A DNA stretch of 64,000 nucleotides from Eledone cirrhosa (taxonomy: Eukaryota), in the NCBI GenBank assembly GCA_964016885.1, contig OZ024741.1, forward strand, positions 62,992,001 through 63,056,000, given 5' to 3'. A program made the position numbers and the translations under genes. Each line of letters starts with the position of its first letter. The first letter of the stretch is position 1. Shown piece by piece: positions 43,921 to 58,362 of this stretch. The notes beneath the pieces were generated by a model. The model ran no database searches. It saw only the letters and a list, made by a program, of their open reading frames with translations, and was not told where the DNA came from.

Positions 43921-44429
43921 TTGTGTGTGTGTTTGTGTGTGTGTATGTGTGCTTTTCTGTGTTTGCGTTTGTTCTATTTCCCGTAGGCGTCTGGTAATGT
44001 TTTCGTTTCTAAGGGTAATAACCCAATTTTCTTTACTCTAACGATCGACTATTATTACAGTTTTCTGCTTTTGGAAAGCTCACATCTTCATATACACATA
44101 TAGACAGTGAAAATCACATATATAACGAAACACATGATTGATTCTATAATAAGCAGATGCATTAATCGATAAATACCCGGAAACGTAAGAAAAGTTTTTG
44201 TTCAGTTTATTTTTTAGATATTTTTTCGTCATTAATTAATTATAAGCTCATAATTCACCTTCATGTTTACTGAGATGTAATCTAAATATCGGCAACTCTG
44301 AATCAGATATGTGAGACATATAACACTGAAGTCTTCTGAGACTGAATATGTAACTCCATGTATCTTTCTGCCCCTTATTGCCAATTAACTTTAGCTTCCT
44401 AATAAACTAGATATTGGCAATCCCGAATG

Positions 44430-44650
44430 ACAGTGCTAGAACGTCGGACAAAATTGCTTTGCAGTATTTATCTACGAGTTCCTACGCTCATAATTTAAAT
44501 CTCGCGGAGGCGAACGTTGCTTTACAACATTCAGTGGTCAATAGCGTATGATTGACCAATACAATAACATACCAGTGAAGTACTGGAGTTCCTTTAATGA
44601 ACTTTCTCCTTCTTCAAACCTCTCGCTAAATGCCTAAATTGAAATCAATT
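44430..44650 (+). mobile_element. Old Nin/Deu-like SINE
   Basis: Degenerate match to 41541-41700. Confidence 0.5.
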
Positions 44651-45080
44651 ACTCTGGCATGTTTGTCTGTGTTGAAATACTGCACTCGGTAGTGTTCTAA
44701 TTTTCTGCTATGTAGTTAAACTTTGTTTCACCCTATAGATGTTATCACACTGACAATTTTTAGACAAGTTATCTACACCATCTCAATACATAGAATGTAT
44801 AAAAACACGTTTAACACAGAAATGTTCGAACACATATACGTGCATGTAGGTACACACAGAAATATATATAAAACAGATCACCTGATATGATGGTGTATAA
44901 TTGAGTATATGTTTGTCATTTTATCTCAATTCTTTGTAAACTAATAAATTGAATTAAAAGGAATTTCATATAAAATATATGTGCTTAAAATGTAGGTTTT
45001 GACAGTAATTATATAGAGTATGTATCAAATGCTAAAACTTTATAGTTTTCCATTCCGCCTTCCTGATACACTCATATGCA

Positions 45081-45113
<33 letters not shown>

Positions 45114-45123
45114 GTGTATGTGT

Positions 45124-45225
<102 letters not shown>

Positions 45226-45949
45226 GTGTGTGTGTATTTGCGTGTGTGTTTGTCTGTACGTGGTGATATATATATTTACTACTCATATAACATATCGTCT
45301 TAACAGATATTCACTCATATTTGTTAAAACGTCCATCAGCATATAACTCGGCTTATTGCGATATGAATAGGAGATATAGTGATTGCAAATAAATCATTTT
45401 ATTGTTCTCGTTGTGCGTGATGTCGTTGCTATTCGCTTCCTACCTCGGCATCCTTTTCATTGAAATACGTCCTCATAAGTACTTTAATCCTCATTGTATC
45501 AATTTCATTTTTTGGCTTTATGAAGTTATTAAACATTGTTATTTAGTCGGAAGAAAAGGGGTAGAAACAATACATCTCCAGGCATTCTTCTTCTCATACG
45601 GGTGAGGTCGGTGGAATTAATGTTCTGCTTAAATTTCTGTAGATTTTCTTTCTTATTTTTATTTCAATTGGTCAAATTATAAAAACCAGGTAACTGCCTT
45701 TTCAGAAGATCCGTTTCAAGTTGGTAGACGAAAAGATATCTTCAAACATGAAACATATTATGAATGCTTGCATGTAAAATTAATGTACTGTGATAAAGGC
45801 AACACTCAGCCAAATAACTTACCTAGAGAGATTGCATGATAACGACGACGCGAGGAAAGGAATCATGTCCTTATAATATTAAAAGCAATTAAAACCTACA
45901 GCACCCCACCATATATGTATATATATATTTGTATATATATATTTGCGTA

Positions 45950-46041
<92 letters not shown>

Positions 46042-46149
46042 GTATATATATATAGAGAGAGAGAAAAGGTTAACCTTTCCTCTATATCCACTGTTTTGTA
46101 TAGAACCTTACTTCCCTTTTATAATATATATATATATATATATTAATAT

Positions 46150-46351
46150 ATATAAATATATAACGAAGGAGATGTGGTAAGGAACCAGATGGACCATAAC
46201 GCACCAGAATACTCAATACTTAGGGTAGTAGTGTGAGTAATAGGAAAAAGTATGACCCCGACGGCAGAGCTCAAGCCATTTCGACGGCTATTCCTGGACT
46301 AGAAATAGCCGTCGAAACGGCTTGAGCTCTGCCGTCGGGGTCATACTTTTT

Positions 46352-46356
<5 letters not shown>
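46150..46356. mobile_element. Family F fold-back element, palindrome 46240-46356 centred in HHR stem II
   Basis: The arms carry an HHR 3' half, CGAAA-CGGC-9nt-GCCG-TC. Tail on minus at 46150-46240. Confidence 0.7.
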
Positions 46357-46387
<31 letters not shown>

Positions 46388-46620
46388 AAAAGGAAGTAAG
46401 GTTCTATACAAAACAGAGGTTATAGAAAAAGATAGGGATGAAACAATACGGAAATATATTTTTAAAATCAGTTTTCTTTTTTCTTCTGGCATTATTAAAT
46501 AAATAAATAAATAAATAAAGTACCAGTAACGCACTGGATAATTGCTGGCCTTGTGCCTAAAGTAGAAACAATTATTAAATAAGAGAGAAGAACAATATAC
46601 ATATGTATACATTTAAATAT

Positions 46621-46679
<59 letters not shown>

Positions 46680-46763
46680 GGCTTTTTGCTACAATATTTT
46701 CTATACCTTTCATTTATATATATATATATATATATGCGTGTATATGTGTGTGTGTGTGTGTAC

Positions 46764-46956
46764 ATCCCAGGTTCAATAGGGGGTAAAGACCGTAAGTAAG
46801 TTACTCAATACATAGCAGAGTATAAATATTTAACATAGAAATGGCTTCTACAGGAGTAGAACTGTTTCATTCGAAGGAAATCATCAGGAAAGCTCTCCTG
46901 ATGATTTCCTTCAAATGAAACAGTTCTAGCCCTGTAGAAACCATTTCTATATTAAA
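46764..46956. mobile_element. Family C fold-back mini-element, axis just 5' of CTGATGA
   Basis: tcatcagga-aagctc-tcctgatga, with arms at 46829-46889 and 46896-46956. Confidence 0.82.
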
Positions 46957-47149
46957 CACACACACATACATATATATATATATGATAAATATAGCTACAT
47001 GTATTGTTAAGAGATAGAAGCGAAGCAGTCCCAATGCAACCAAAAATGTTCTATACAAAAGGAACATTTATTTACGACAAACCCGTTGAGACGCATACAT
47101 TTCAAACGTATAAAATTCCAATATAGCCTAACACACATATAAATATATA

Positions 47150-47699
<550 letters not shown>

Positions 47700-48154
47700 A
47701 AGGGCAAAGGAGCTCTTAAGAGTCAATGGCCATCCAAAATCACCGGGAGAGGTGACCCCTTAGCCTTTGTCAAGGCAGAATTCTAGGAGAACGAAAACTC
47801 TGATATAACACCTGCAACCCTTATGGTATCCAATGATGTTGACTTGTTCTTCTTTTTTGGTAAATATCATCTTGGTTAAGAGAGTGGGACTGGCTTTGTG
47901 CAGTGCCTTTGTTCCCTATAAAATCTTCACGGCACAGGCATCGCTTTATATCTGGAGATCTCTCTGCACTTGTCCTCACATGGTACCATGGGCCCAGCTC
48001 TATGTGTCAATAATTGTCACAAGTGTAGTGTTTGTACCAGAGTTTTCAATACGCTGGCTGGACTAAAAAGTAACACTCGTTCAGCGCATCGGTAGGGGTT
48101 CTCCTACATGGATATAGAGTAGTGGCCGTACTCGAAAACGAGTTGGCAGCCACT
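47700..48154 (+). mobile_element. Non-autonomous RTE derivative, 5'-truncated
   Basis: Homologous to 27667-28120. Confidence 0.85.
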
Positions 48155-48212
48155 ATATATATATATAGTGACGAAACATAAGTCAATTGCATGAACTCAT
48201 AATCCTTTATTT

Positions 48213-48268
48213 ACTCCTATATACATTTCGGTAATAGCCATTAAATGGCTATGACCTCATCAGGCAGT
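48213..48268 (-). ncRNA. Hammerhead ribozyme
   Basis: ACTGC/GGAGT (one mismatch), CTGATGA, GGT-ATAGCCAT/ATGGCTAT-ACC, GAAA-TGTATA-TA, then AATAAA. Confidence 0.75.
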
Positions 48269-48577
48269 TAGTCAGTTCTTAGATATACCAGCTCTGTGTT
48301 TTTGGTGTTGATGGTTTCAGAGCCTTGGGACATATGAGCTTGTTAGGGATAATTTAATATTGTCAGCAGAAATAATCTTAATTCTCATTGGTCAGTTTGT
48401 AGATGCTAGTAGGGTTGGTATTTGACCTCAAAGAAGCAGGTGGTGTTGTAAATTTAAAACCGTCAGGCAAGATGACAATAGTTCCATATGACTGATTTTC
48501 ACAAAAAGCATTCCTGGTCAGATATATATTCAATTGAGGTTTATAGTATGAAATTCGATACTACAGGTCATTCTTAA

Positions 48578-48860
48578 ATTGAGGAATTTATGTGGGGTGG
48601 TACTACTGAAAATTATGGTTAGAGTCAAATACTAGAAAGTTTACACATAAAATGACTTATGTTGGTTGACTTGCACATACACTCACACCCACCCCACAGA
48701 CACACACACACATCCACACATACAATTTGAGGAATTTATGTGGGGTGGTAATACTGAAAATTATGGTTAGAGTCAAATACTAGAAAGTTTACAAATATAA
48801 AGACTTATGTTGGTTGACTTGTGCATACACTCACGCCTACCCCCACAGAGACACACATAA
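48578..48860 (+). repeat. ~148-bp direct duplication
   Basis: ttgaggaatttatgtggggtggta...gttggttgacttg occurs twice. Confidence 0.85.
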
Positions 48861-49669
48861 ATCCATACAGGTGTGTATATATATGTATGTACGCACAAGT
48901 GCATATATATATATACAACAGAGGCCCCCAAATCCAAGTATATGGCAGACATAAAACGTGGTGGGTGTTATGTTTAAAGAAAAGTAAAGTGGGTGTTTGA
49001 AAAAGTTATTGTTTAGACTAGACAAAAGTAGAGTGTGATATATATCTTCACAGCAATGCTTAGGGGCTTTGGAGCTTAGGCGAATCCCTTAGTACAGACA
49101 TATACAGGTACACGCACCCACCCACACTTGTATACCTCTGGATGCGCGTGTATGTCTATATACACATGTGCACTCATACAAGAGAGCATACACAAATATA
49201 CTCTTAAGCATACACTCGAACACTTTTCAAATGTGACCTGGGGTATTAGTATTTCGTTGCGTTCACATGACTGTGTACATTCACGTAATCCCAGTATACA
49301 CACACAACGCACGGTTGCGGGCACGCATTCATGCGTATAGGGTTAGTACTTTAGGATAATTGTTCTTCCTGTGTGGGCTACTCGGGGGGTGGGGGTCATC
49401 AGGTTCAATAAACGTAGTTTTGCTGACTCCTAACCAGTATATATATATATACAGAATGTCGTGACTGCACCAAGGTGTTCGCATATGTTCAGATATTTAA
49501 TATGTAGGCATATAAACATGCCAGAAAACATAAATTTCCCTCTTTTCAATTCACAGGGAAATTCTTAATTTGTAGCATGTTAACATGCATACATGTTCAC
49601 TGTATATATATTTTATACACTTTGGCTGCCAGCGCTCATTTCAATCTCTCTCTCTCTATATATATATAT

Positions 49670-50995
49670 TGTAATAATAATAAATTTGAAGACATAAATC
49701 CAAAGAGGGCTCGATAAGGATAAATATATATCAAATATATAAGAACCGTAGAGCAAATATTTATTAAAATAACAGATTAAAGTTTAAGCAAAGAATCGCT
49801 GCTTTCACCCTTAACGGGATCTTCTGAAACTAACAAAGTCAATCTGTAAACGCAGAAGTGGATATTTCAAGAAACGTTGCAACCGGAGGAAGACAGGAAG
49901 ACGATACTTTGGTTCGTGGAAACGTTCGCTGCCAAAGAACGGGAAAAAAACGAATATAATACGCCATTAATAGGAGCGGTGAAAAACAATTACTCGCAAA
50001 GACAGAACCACGTTTATGGTATAAAAGAGGTCGTAGACTAATGTTCTCTTAGGTGGTTCATAGAGACGTTCTCTGGCAATGAACGAAAGAAACGAAGATA
50101 ATACGTCATATGTGGAACATGGAGAACAATAGCACGAACAGACAAAACCACGTAAATCGTATAGCAGAAGTCGCAGACTAAAATTCTAACTAGGAGACCG
50201 AATGAATCTCCGCTACAGAGTTAAGGACAAAGTAAATAAAAACAATACAGAAGTAATAGAAATAAATAAATACATACACGCAAACAAATACGTACATACA
50301 CAAGCATACGCCAAACACTTACCATAGGTATACAAAGCCACGCACATATAAATATGTGTGTGTGTGTATGCGTGTATACAAATAAATAAATAATTATATA
50401 AACGTATATAAATAAATAAATACGTATATAACAAACGCACACACATACCTACATGTAAATACACGAATGTTCGGAGATGTAAGTCAACCAAAACATGAAG
50501 TACACATATACACACACCCTACATACGTACGAACTTGCATACTCACACAGACGCAAAACTCACGTATACACATAGCCAAACCATATGTACCAGAATATAT
50601 AAAAGTATACGCCATAACATAAACAATCAAATATGCGTACGAGAAGGTATACGTACCTTCACAAAACATACGGGTAATATATACTTACCTATGCAAATAA
50701 GTAATGGTATAAACAAAACATATACTTAGCTCCCACATCAAGACGTAAAATATCCACGTATAGAGCGTACTATCCGTTAGGGTATAACGTGGGGCTGTAA
50801 TACAGGAAAGTTTTGTGCAATTTATGTTTACAAGCCGAAATTGCCTCAGAATTTTTGTTTAAGATGTGGTCTGTGGCGTAGAGTATTTCCAGGGCCTCAG
50901 CGGCGCAGAGGTCACATTGTTAGTTTCAGAAGATCCCGTTAAGGGTGAAAGCAGCGATTCTTTGCTTAAACTTTAATCTGTTATTTTAATAAATA
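49670..50995 (-). mobile_element. 5'-truncated PLE 3' end with an inverted pLTR (family E)
   Basis: Minus strand 50917-50780 encodes CDLCAAEALEILYATDHILNKNSEAISACKH. Then ~1 kb of UTR, an HHR at 49781-49831(-) and a tail. Inverted HHR copy at 50922-50972(+). Confidence 0.88.
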
Positions 50996-51376
50996 TATAT
51001 ATATATATATATATGAAAAAGGTAAACAGAAATAACAACACAATCGTTACAGTGTGTTGTTTCTGTGTGTGGGTGTTTGCATGTGTATCCATTTGAATGT
51101 ACGTATGCATGCGTGCGTGTATGAGTGGTGATATATATTTACATAATGAAATAAATTTTACGCTTTGACACTCATAAAGATATCGCGTAAAAAGACAATC
51201 AAAACATCACCATATCTACAAATGTACCAATAATATTAAAATATCAATCAAACACCAGATATATGCTGTACTGCTCTGATGCATTATCTCAACCACAGAA
51301 TCTCAACAATGTTATTATAGTTTGCATTTCCATGAGTTTTTATTATACAGTTCAATGGATGACAACAGCTTTAGAT

Positions 51377-51397
51377 AATAATAATAATAATAATAAC

Positions 51398-51451
<54 letters not shown>

Positions 51452-51495
51452 GATAATAATGATGATAATAATAATAATATTGATAACAATAATAA
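51377..51495 (+). repeat. (AAT)n microsatellite
   Basis: Read directly from the sequence. Confidence 0.95.
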
Positions 51496-52110
51496 CATAC
51501 AGAATATCACAAAATAATATCATTGATGATATTTATAATAATAGTAGTTATAGTTTTCATAAGAGTCATCATAGAGTGTAATGTTTCGGCAGTATGTTAG
51601 TGTTGTTTTCATGTTTGTGAAATCTCAAAGATTTCCGGTTATCTTTCTTTCATAGTTTAATCATGCTCGCTTCTTTTGAATATATATGAATATATATACA
51701 TAAATAGATAGATAAATAGATAGATAAATATATCAAAGGTATATACTGAGTTAGAAACTCAAAATAGTCTCTTACAATAAAATAGCTCTAGGAAAGAGAT
51801 TTTTTCCGAGCCGTATATCATAATTGAATATAAAAGAGGGATAAACACAAATACATACATATATGTTTTCAAATCGTGAGGGACCAGATAGCGAATCTGG
51901 TCCTTTACGATTTGAACACATATATGTATGTATTTGTTTTTATCTCTCTTTTATATTCAATTATGATAAATATTCATATATATTTATATGCATATATGCG
52001 TATACATATATATATATATACTCACGCCCACATACACAAATACATACACACCCACACAAATATATACATGCACACATATATATATACGTATTATATATAT
52101 ATATATATAT

Positions 52111-52184
<74 letters not shown>

Positions 52185-52194
52185 AAAATATATA

Positions 52195-54652
52195 TTTCTT
52201 CCTGTCCCAACTGGTGCTCGAACCAACGAGGTGCCACAAAAACGTCCTAGACTTAATTTTCAGCAATCATACTGATACTATCCACAATATTGCAGTGGAG
52301 AAAACTCTACTCTCTGATCATGACATGGTTCTCTGTGATCTGAGATTCCACCGTCCAATATACAAACCCAATGTCATCTCTCCTGTCCATCCGTTTGACG
52401 CTATGGATTTCCACAATGCAAACTGGGAAGCCATCAGTCATGATCTTGTACATGTCGACTGGTCCTTCACGCACACTCACACACCCACTAACATCAAAAA
52501 GTCCTGGCAAACATTTGGACACTGTTACAAACATATGTGCAAAACATACCCCATTAAGAACTATAAACAAATCTAAGAGCAGAATCCCTAGAAATAGAAA
52601 AACGCTCATCAGGAAAATTAAGAGAACTAACAAAAAAATCAACAAGCTGAAATACTGTCAGCAGCAACACATCAACTTGACTGCCATTTCATCACTAGAG
52701 ATTAAAAAACATAACCTCCAAAACAATATGATGTCTATCATCAACAATCAGAGAAGAGCTGAAGAGGCCTGGGCCATTGAGAAGATCAAACTCAATCCCA
52801 AAGTGTTCTTTTCATTTGCAAAAAAACACAAAATCACTGGCTCTACTGTTGGCCCTCTAATTGATGAAAATGGCACTCTTCAAGACACTGCTAAAACCAT
52901 GGGTGAGATACTGCAGAAACAATACTGCTCTGTTTTCAGCAATCCTGATATGGCCGATCTGGGCTGTATCGGCGATGTTACTCCCCATTACACCTTATTG
53001 GACATAACGTTTGGCGCCCCTGATGTCTTAGCGGCAATAAAGGAAATCAAGCATAATTCAGCAGTAGGTCCCGATAGGTTTCCTGCTTGTATCTTGAAGG
53101 CGTGTCAACACCAACTTGCATCTCCTCTTGCCAATCTGTGGCGGAACTCACTGGATGCTGGATATGTGCCAGAAAACCTTCTATCCCAGTCTGTTGTCCC
53201 AGTTTTCAAAAAAGGAAACAAATCCCTTGCCGTGAATTACCGTCCAATCCCACTCACCTCTCATATCATTAAGGTATTTGAGAGAGTGGTGAGATCGCGA
53301 ATGACCCACTTCCTTGAGAGTAACAATATGCTGAACTGCAACCAGCATGGATTCCGTAATGGAAGGGATTGCCTGACGCAGCTACTGCATCATTTTGATG
53401 GATTTTGAGAGCCTTGGGAGAGGGTTCCAACACTGATGTTATCTACCTTGATTTCAGCAAGGCCTTTGACAGGGTTGATCACAACATTCTACTGAGAAAG
53501 CTGTCCAATATTGGTGTCACTGGAAAGCTGCTGCAGTGGATCAAGAGCTTCCTGTCAAACAGAACCCAACATGTTGTAGTCGAAGGAGTCAAATCCAGCC
53601 CAGCCAAAGTCAGTAGTGGGGTCCCACAAGGCACTGTATTGGGCCCACTTCTCATCTATATTAATGACATCACTGACATCATCAAACACAGCAACATTAG
53701 AATTGGTCATCAATGACCAAAAGGTCATCAATGGCGTGGATGACCGGATAAGCCTTCAGTCAGACCTACTGGCTGTTACCCAATGGGCGGAAAAGAACAT
53801 GTTACTGAACGAAGACAAATTCGAACTGATCCACTTTGGAAAAGAGGATGCTCTGAAACTCCCGTACTCTCTTCCCTCCGGGGAAACTCTCGTGGCATTT
53901 AACAACATCAGAGACTTGGGAGTAACCGTGGACAGCAACATAAGCTGGGTCACGCATATAAGCAGCAAAGTTGACATGGCCCGCAGAATGTGTTCCTGGA
54001 TCCTCAGAATCTTCTAGTCGAGAGATTCCCACGCCATTATCCTTCTCTTCTCCACTTTTGCCCGACCACACCTTGAATATTGTTGTCCACTGTGGTCTCC
54101 CCACACGAAACAAAGTATCATGAAACTTGAAGCTCCGAAAAAGATAGATGGCATGTCACACCTTGACTACTGGGGTCGACTAGAAAAGCTGAAACTTTAC
54201 TCACTCCAACGTCGCCGTGAGCGTTATATTATCTGCATGATGTGGAAAATGTTCCATCATCACTGCCCAAATGATGTTGGCATCGCCTTCAAGATACACC
54301 CAAGGCTTGGGCCCCGTGCTATCCGTCCCATACAAAAATCTAAATCGCAACTCATAACAACAATACGGCACAATTATTTCACCTCAATTGGCCCTGCTCT
54401 CTTCAACATCACACCAGGACACGTCAAAACAGAAACTGACCACATAAAATTCAAGAAGTCTTTGGACAAATTCCTCCAAGTAATCCCGGACAAACCACCC
54501 AGACCCGGATATGTCTCCGCAAACAGTAATTCTCTTCTCGAATGGGCCATGGTGCCCAAATCCTGAATTGAAAGACTTCGCCAGGTGGTGCTATTAAGTT
54601 AGACATGGCCTGGACCAATACTGGCCAAAACATTTCAAAGTTATTCAAAGTT
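52195..54652 (+). mobile_element. CR1-group LINE, 5'-truncated (APE end + RT), degenerate
   Basis: [60 protein letters not shown] and LYSLQRRRER. Tail ends in (ttcaaagtta)2. Confidence 0.93.
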
Positions 54653-54654
54653 AT

Positions 54655-54691
<37 letters not shown>

Positions 54692-55214
54692 TTAATACGG
54701 TTTTGAGATGGTTATAGGGATATATACATTTATTTTTTAAATGTTGTTTATTTGTTTCTGTACATCTTTTTTTTCTCATTTTACTTTTTCTTTTCAATTT
54801 ACCGTTCCAGTCTTCCCGGCTCTGACCCAAATCGTATTTTCATTATTTACATTCACACGCAATATGTATACCATATGCACATCGCATACATGGCCTCGTG
54901 ATATGCTCCTGGTGAATCTTGTCTGCGACCATGTTTCATATAATTAAAAGAGGCAAAATTTATCTTTTGAACATATACCCGATTTTCAAATAAAGTTTTT
55001 GCTATTTATCTTGAGTAAGATTCATGCAGCTAAATTTAGTTGTTTTAGAAAGAAAGAGATTATTTTACGCATCGTTTCCTTTTACGAGTGCCGAAAAAAC
55101 AGGGGGGCTGCTATGCGCTCTTATCTTCAGAAATAATCTCGTTGTGAGGGAAAATTATGTGAAAAAATTTTAGTGTCAGCTAATTTACACGATCACATTA
55201 GTATGTTTTGAAAA

Positions 55215-55460
55215 AAGGTAGCATAGTGTATAACATGCTGCTCTCACGGTCATAATATCTTGCGTTCGATCCTTGCACCGAGTGGCGCCTAGTATCCTGA
55301 AGTATGACACTTTGTCTAATCAACTTAAATAAATGAATACCAGTAGTAGCTGAGAGTTAAATCTGAGCTGCTGCACTGACATCTCCACTGTCGCTTAATC
55401 CAATCTTCACAGGAATAAGCTACAGCCAGATGTGTCTGTAAGCTTTGGACAGATTCAACA
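55215..55460 (+). mobile_element. Degenerate tRNA-derived SINE
   Basis: tagcatagtg A-box-like motif, gcgttcgatcc B-box-like motif, and aaatgaataccag. Confidence 0.45.
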
Positions 55461-56420
55461 CTTGTCTGAGTTATATTTCTATTGTACTAGTCTTAGACAC
55501 TGATGAAGGGACGGGGCATCACACAATTATTTATGTCATCGATTTTGTAAGTAAGAAAATGGATGTCGGCCTTCGAATAAATGAACCTAACAAAGACGGC
55601 ATTAAATATTGCAAGTCACCGATTACTCTATCACACACTCGATGGGCTGCGGCACAATTTCTGGCTACCAAATCTCACTTTCATTAAATATGTTAAAACA
55701 TCGTAGTGGGGTTAGACCCTGTAACACTTGGCTGCAAATGGAATTTTGTGATCACACAGCCATGTCTTCACCTTGTAGGGGATTACTTAATTTTCCTCAT
55801 ATATACCAAAAATCAATGAATAATAGATTTAACCAAAATTATATAGATGTATAAAATCAAATTTATGTTTAAAAATGAACATTTCTACTGGCGAGATTTG
55901 AACTTTCTATTTGGGAATTGCTGGGTAATTGCGTTACAGATTATAACAAATTAAATTGTATCTCGTTATGAAATTAGATACATATATTTATTTCCTTTTT
56001 ACTTAATTATATCTTTCTCCGCCACAATTCATAAGTTTTCTAAATAATTCTTCATTCATTTAATAGTAACAGAACTTGATATCATTCTAAATGACTAACA
56101 CAGTAAGATGACACATTTTAATTCGATGTTTCTGAGGAGAATTAACATTGAAATATAAACAAACTGTCAATTTAAAAAAAATGACTATTAATATATACTC
56201 GGATAAAAATGGTGACTGATGTGGATACTCGTTAGAGAAATTACATTACGGTAATGAATTACAGGCCATTACGTTTTTAAATCAAATCTGGTCGATTGTA
56301 AAGTTATGACGTCAGTCCTTCTGGGATAGATAAAACAAATGAACTTTAAGGGAGGATTTAAGCGGTCATATCCACACTCACACGCACCCACACACACACC
56401 CACACACACACACACACACG

Positions 56421-56490
<70 letters not shown>

Positions 56491-57605
56491 AACACACATA
56501 TATTTGTATAAATATAAGTAGTAAATATTTTCTTTTATCTTATATTCTATACTCAAATTAGTCTTTTGGTATCCATACGCCCAATATAGTAATTTTAGAA
56601 GGAAATAATGACTATTTTACCTATTTATTCCTTTTACGAAGGTGATAAAAATAAATGTAAATAAAAAGAAATATGGCGTCCGTTAGATTCGTCAGAAATT
56701 TATCACTCGCACTTGTGTAACACACACTTATTCAACTATATGCATCGTATTCGAATTTGTTTCAATTGTATCATCATTTCTTCCTGATTTTCTTTTTCAA
56801 CTCCTCTCTGGCTGTATTTCTTTTCTGATGTCTTTTTCTTTCTTTCTATCTTTCTTTTATATTACCTTCTTACTTTCTTTTACAATTTCATTTTTTTTTC
56901 ATTTTTGCCCTATGCAACCATATATACATGCCTCGCTCTACCTCCTCTATCTTTCCACATATATTTTATCCATTTTTATTTATATATAATTTTCTTATTT
57001 GCATTTGTATGTTTTTTCAATCATCTTCCTTTTAAGTTTATCATTTAAAATTCTATTTTGCCATTCCTCTCTCCGGGTTTAAATGAAATAAATGCCATCA
57101 ATATACTGTGGGCCAAGGTTAGTCAATTATATATTCTGCTCTTTTATAAAATCTGTTCTTCGCAGCCCAGTAAAAGATCGTACTTCTTCTCCTCCTCATC
57201 CTATCTCCCATTTGATCTGACGTTTTTTAATTCGCTTGATCTTTGTACAAGCACACAAACAAGCGTACACCCACCCACACACAAACAGGTACATGCACAC
57301 AAACGCACAAACAAATATACACTCACTCACACATACTATCTTACTGTTATAAAACATTGCGGACTTAAAGGTCTTTCATCATCGTTTTCTATCGTATTTC
57401 GATCTTCGTTTCGTCGGTTGCCGTTGTACTATTCGGTAACAGTGGAATAGCATGTGCTTCTTTTCTAACTTTCGTCGCTTCCACCTTTTGGTTCATCGAG
57501 ATGTTCCAATGTTATGAAAGTAAAGAAGATAAAAATACGGTTTAGTATTCAAGATATAAATGGAATACACACGCACACATACACCACAGACACATACACA
57601 CTATA

Positions 57606-57639
<34 letters not shown>

Positions 57640-57642
<3 letters not shown>

Positions 57643-57843
57643 TGTGAGCCAAAAGTCACTTTTTACCTATCTTAATTAATAAAACATTACAAATTTACTT
57701 AAAACTATTTTTTTTAGTCTTTACATTGAATGTTATAACTGCATCTTGTTATTAATTTTAATCTGAAAGAAAAAAATTATATTTTAATAATGAAAAAAAT
57801 TATGAATTTATTTTTGATAGAATGTGACCTTTGGCCCACACTG
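57640..57843. mobile_element. Tc1/mariner-type MITE
   Basis: 20-bp TIRs cagtgtgagccaaaagtcac and gtgacctttggcccacactg around an AT-rich interior. Confidence 0.7.
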
Positions 57844-57849
57844 TTTAAG

Positions 57850-57898
<49 letters not shown>

Positions 57899-57903
<5 letters not shown>

Positions 57904-58287
57904 GGAGGTGAGTTTTATTGTAGTACAATAAAGCAATGCAGATATCGGATAAGAAGCACTCTACAGTTTGTAGGACTGGAGTATACATAATATAAGATCA
58001 AAAGATGGTTAAAGGAGTTCCATGTATTTTATTATGCGCATTTCAAAAACAAACATCATCATGCAATAATATTTGTGTTTTCATCAGATAAAACAGGAGA
58101 ACATGATATGAAGGCTAAAAAACACTTGTGGATAGTGCAGTTTTAACTATCCACAAGTGTTTTTTAGCCTTCATATCATGTTCTCCTGTTTTATCTGATG
58201 AAAACACAAATATTATTGCATGATGATGTTTGTTTTTGAAATGCGCATAATAAAATACATGGAAGTCCTTTAACCATCTTTTGATCT

Positions 58288-58294
<7 letters not shown>
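57899..58294. mobile_element. Family D2 fold-back element with two intact HHRs
   Basis: Near-perfect palindrome 57988-58294. HHRs at 58027-58093(-) and 58189-58255(+): TTTTAT-CTGATGA...GAAA-TGCGCA-TA-ATAAAA. Confidence 0.88.

Positions 58295-58360
<66 letters not shown>

Positions 58361-58362
<2 letters not shown>

Noticed and set aside
45699-45746. CAGAAGA...GAAA-AGATATCT-TC possible HHR
   Set aside because: Stems I and II are too weak to call without homologues.
57988-58294. Fold-backs as DNA-transposon MITEs
   Set aside because: They are asymmetric (one arm has a tail), contain HHRs and match PLE 3' ends. Only 57640-57843 looks like a true MITE.
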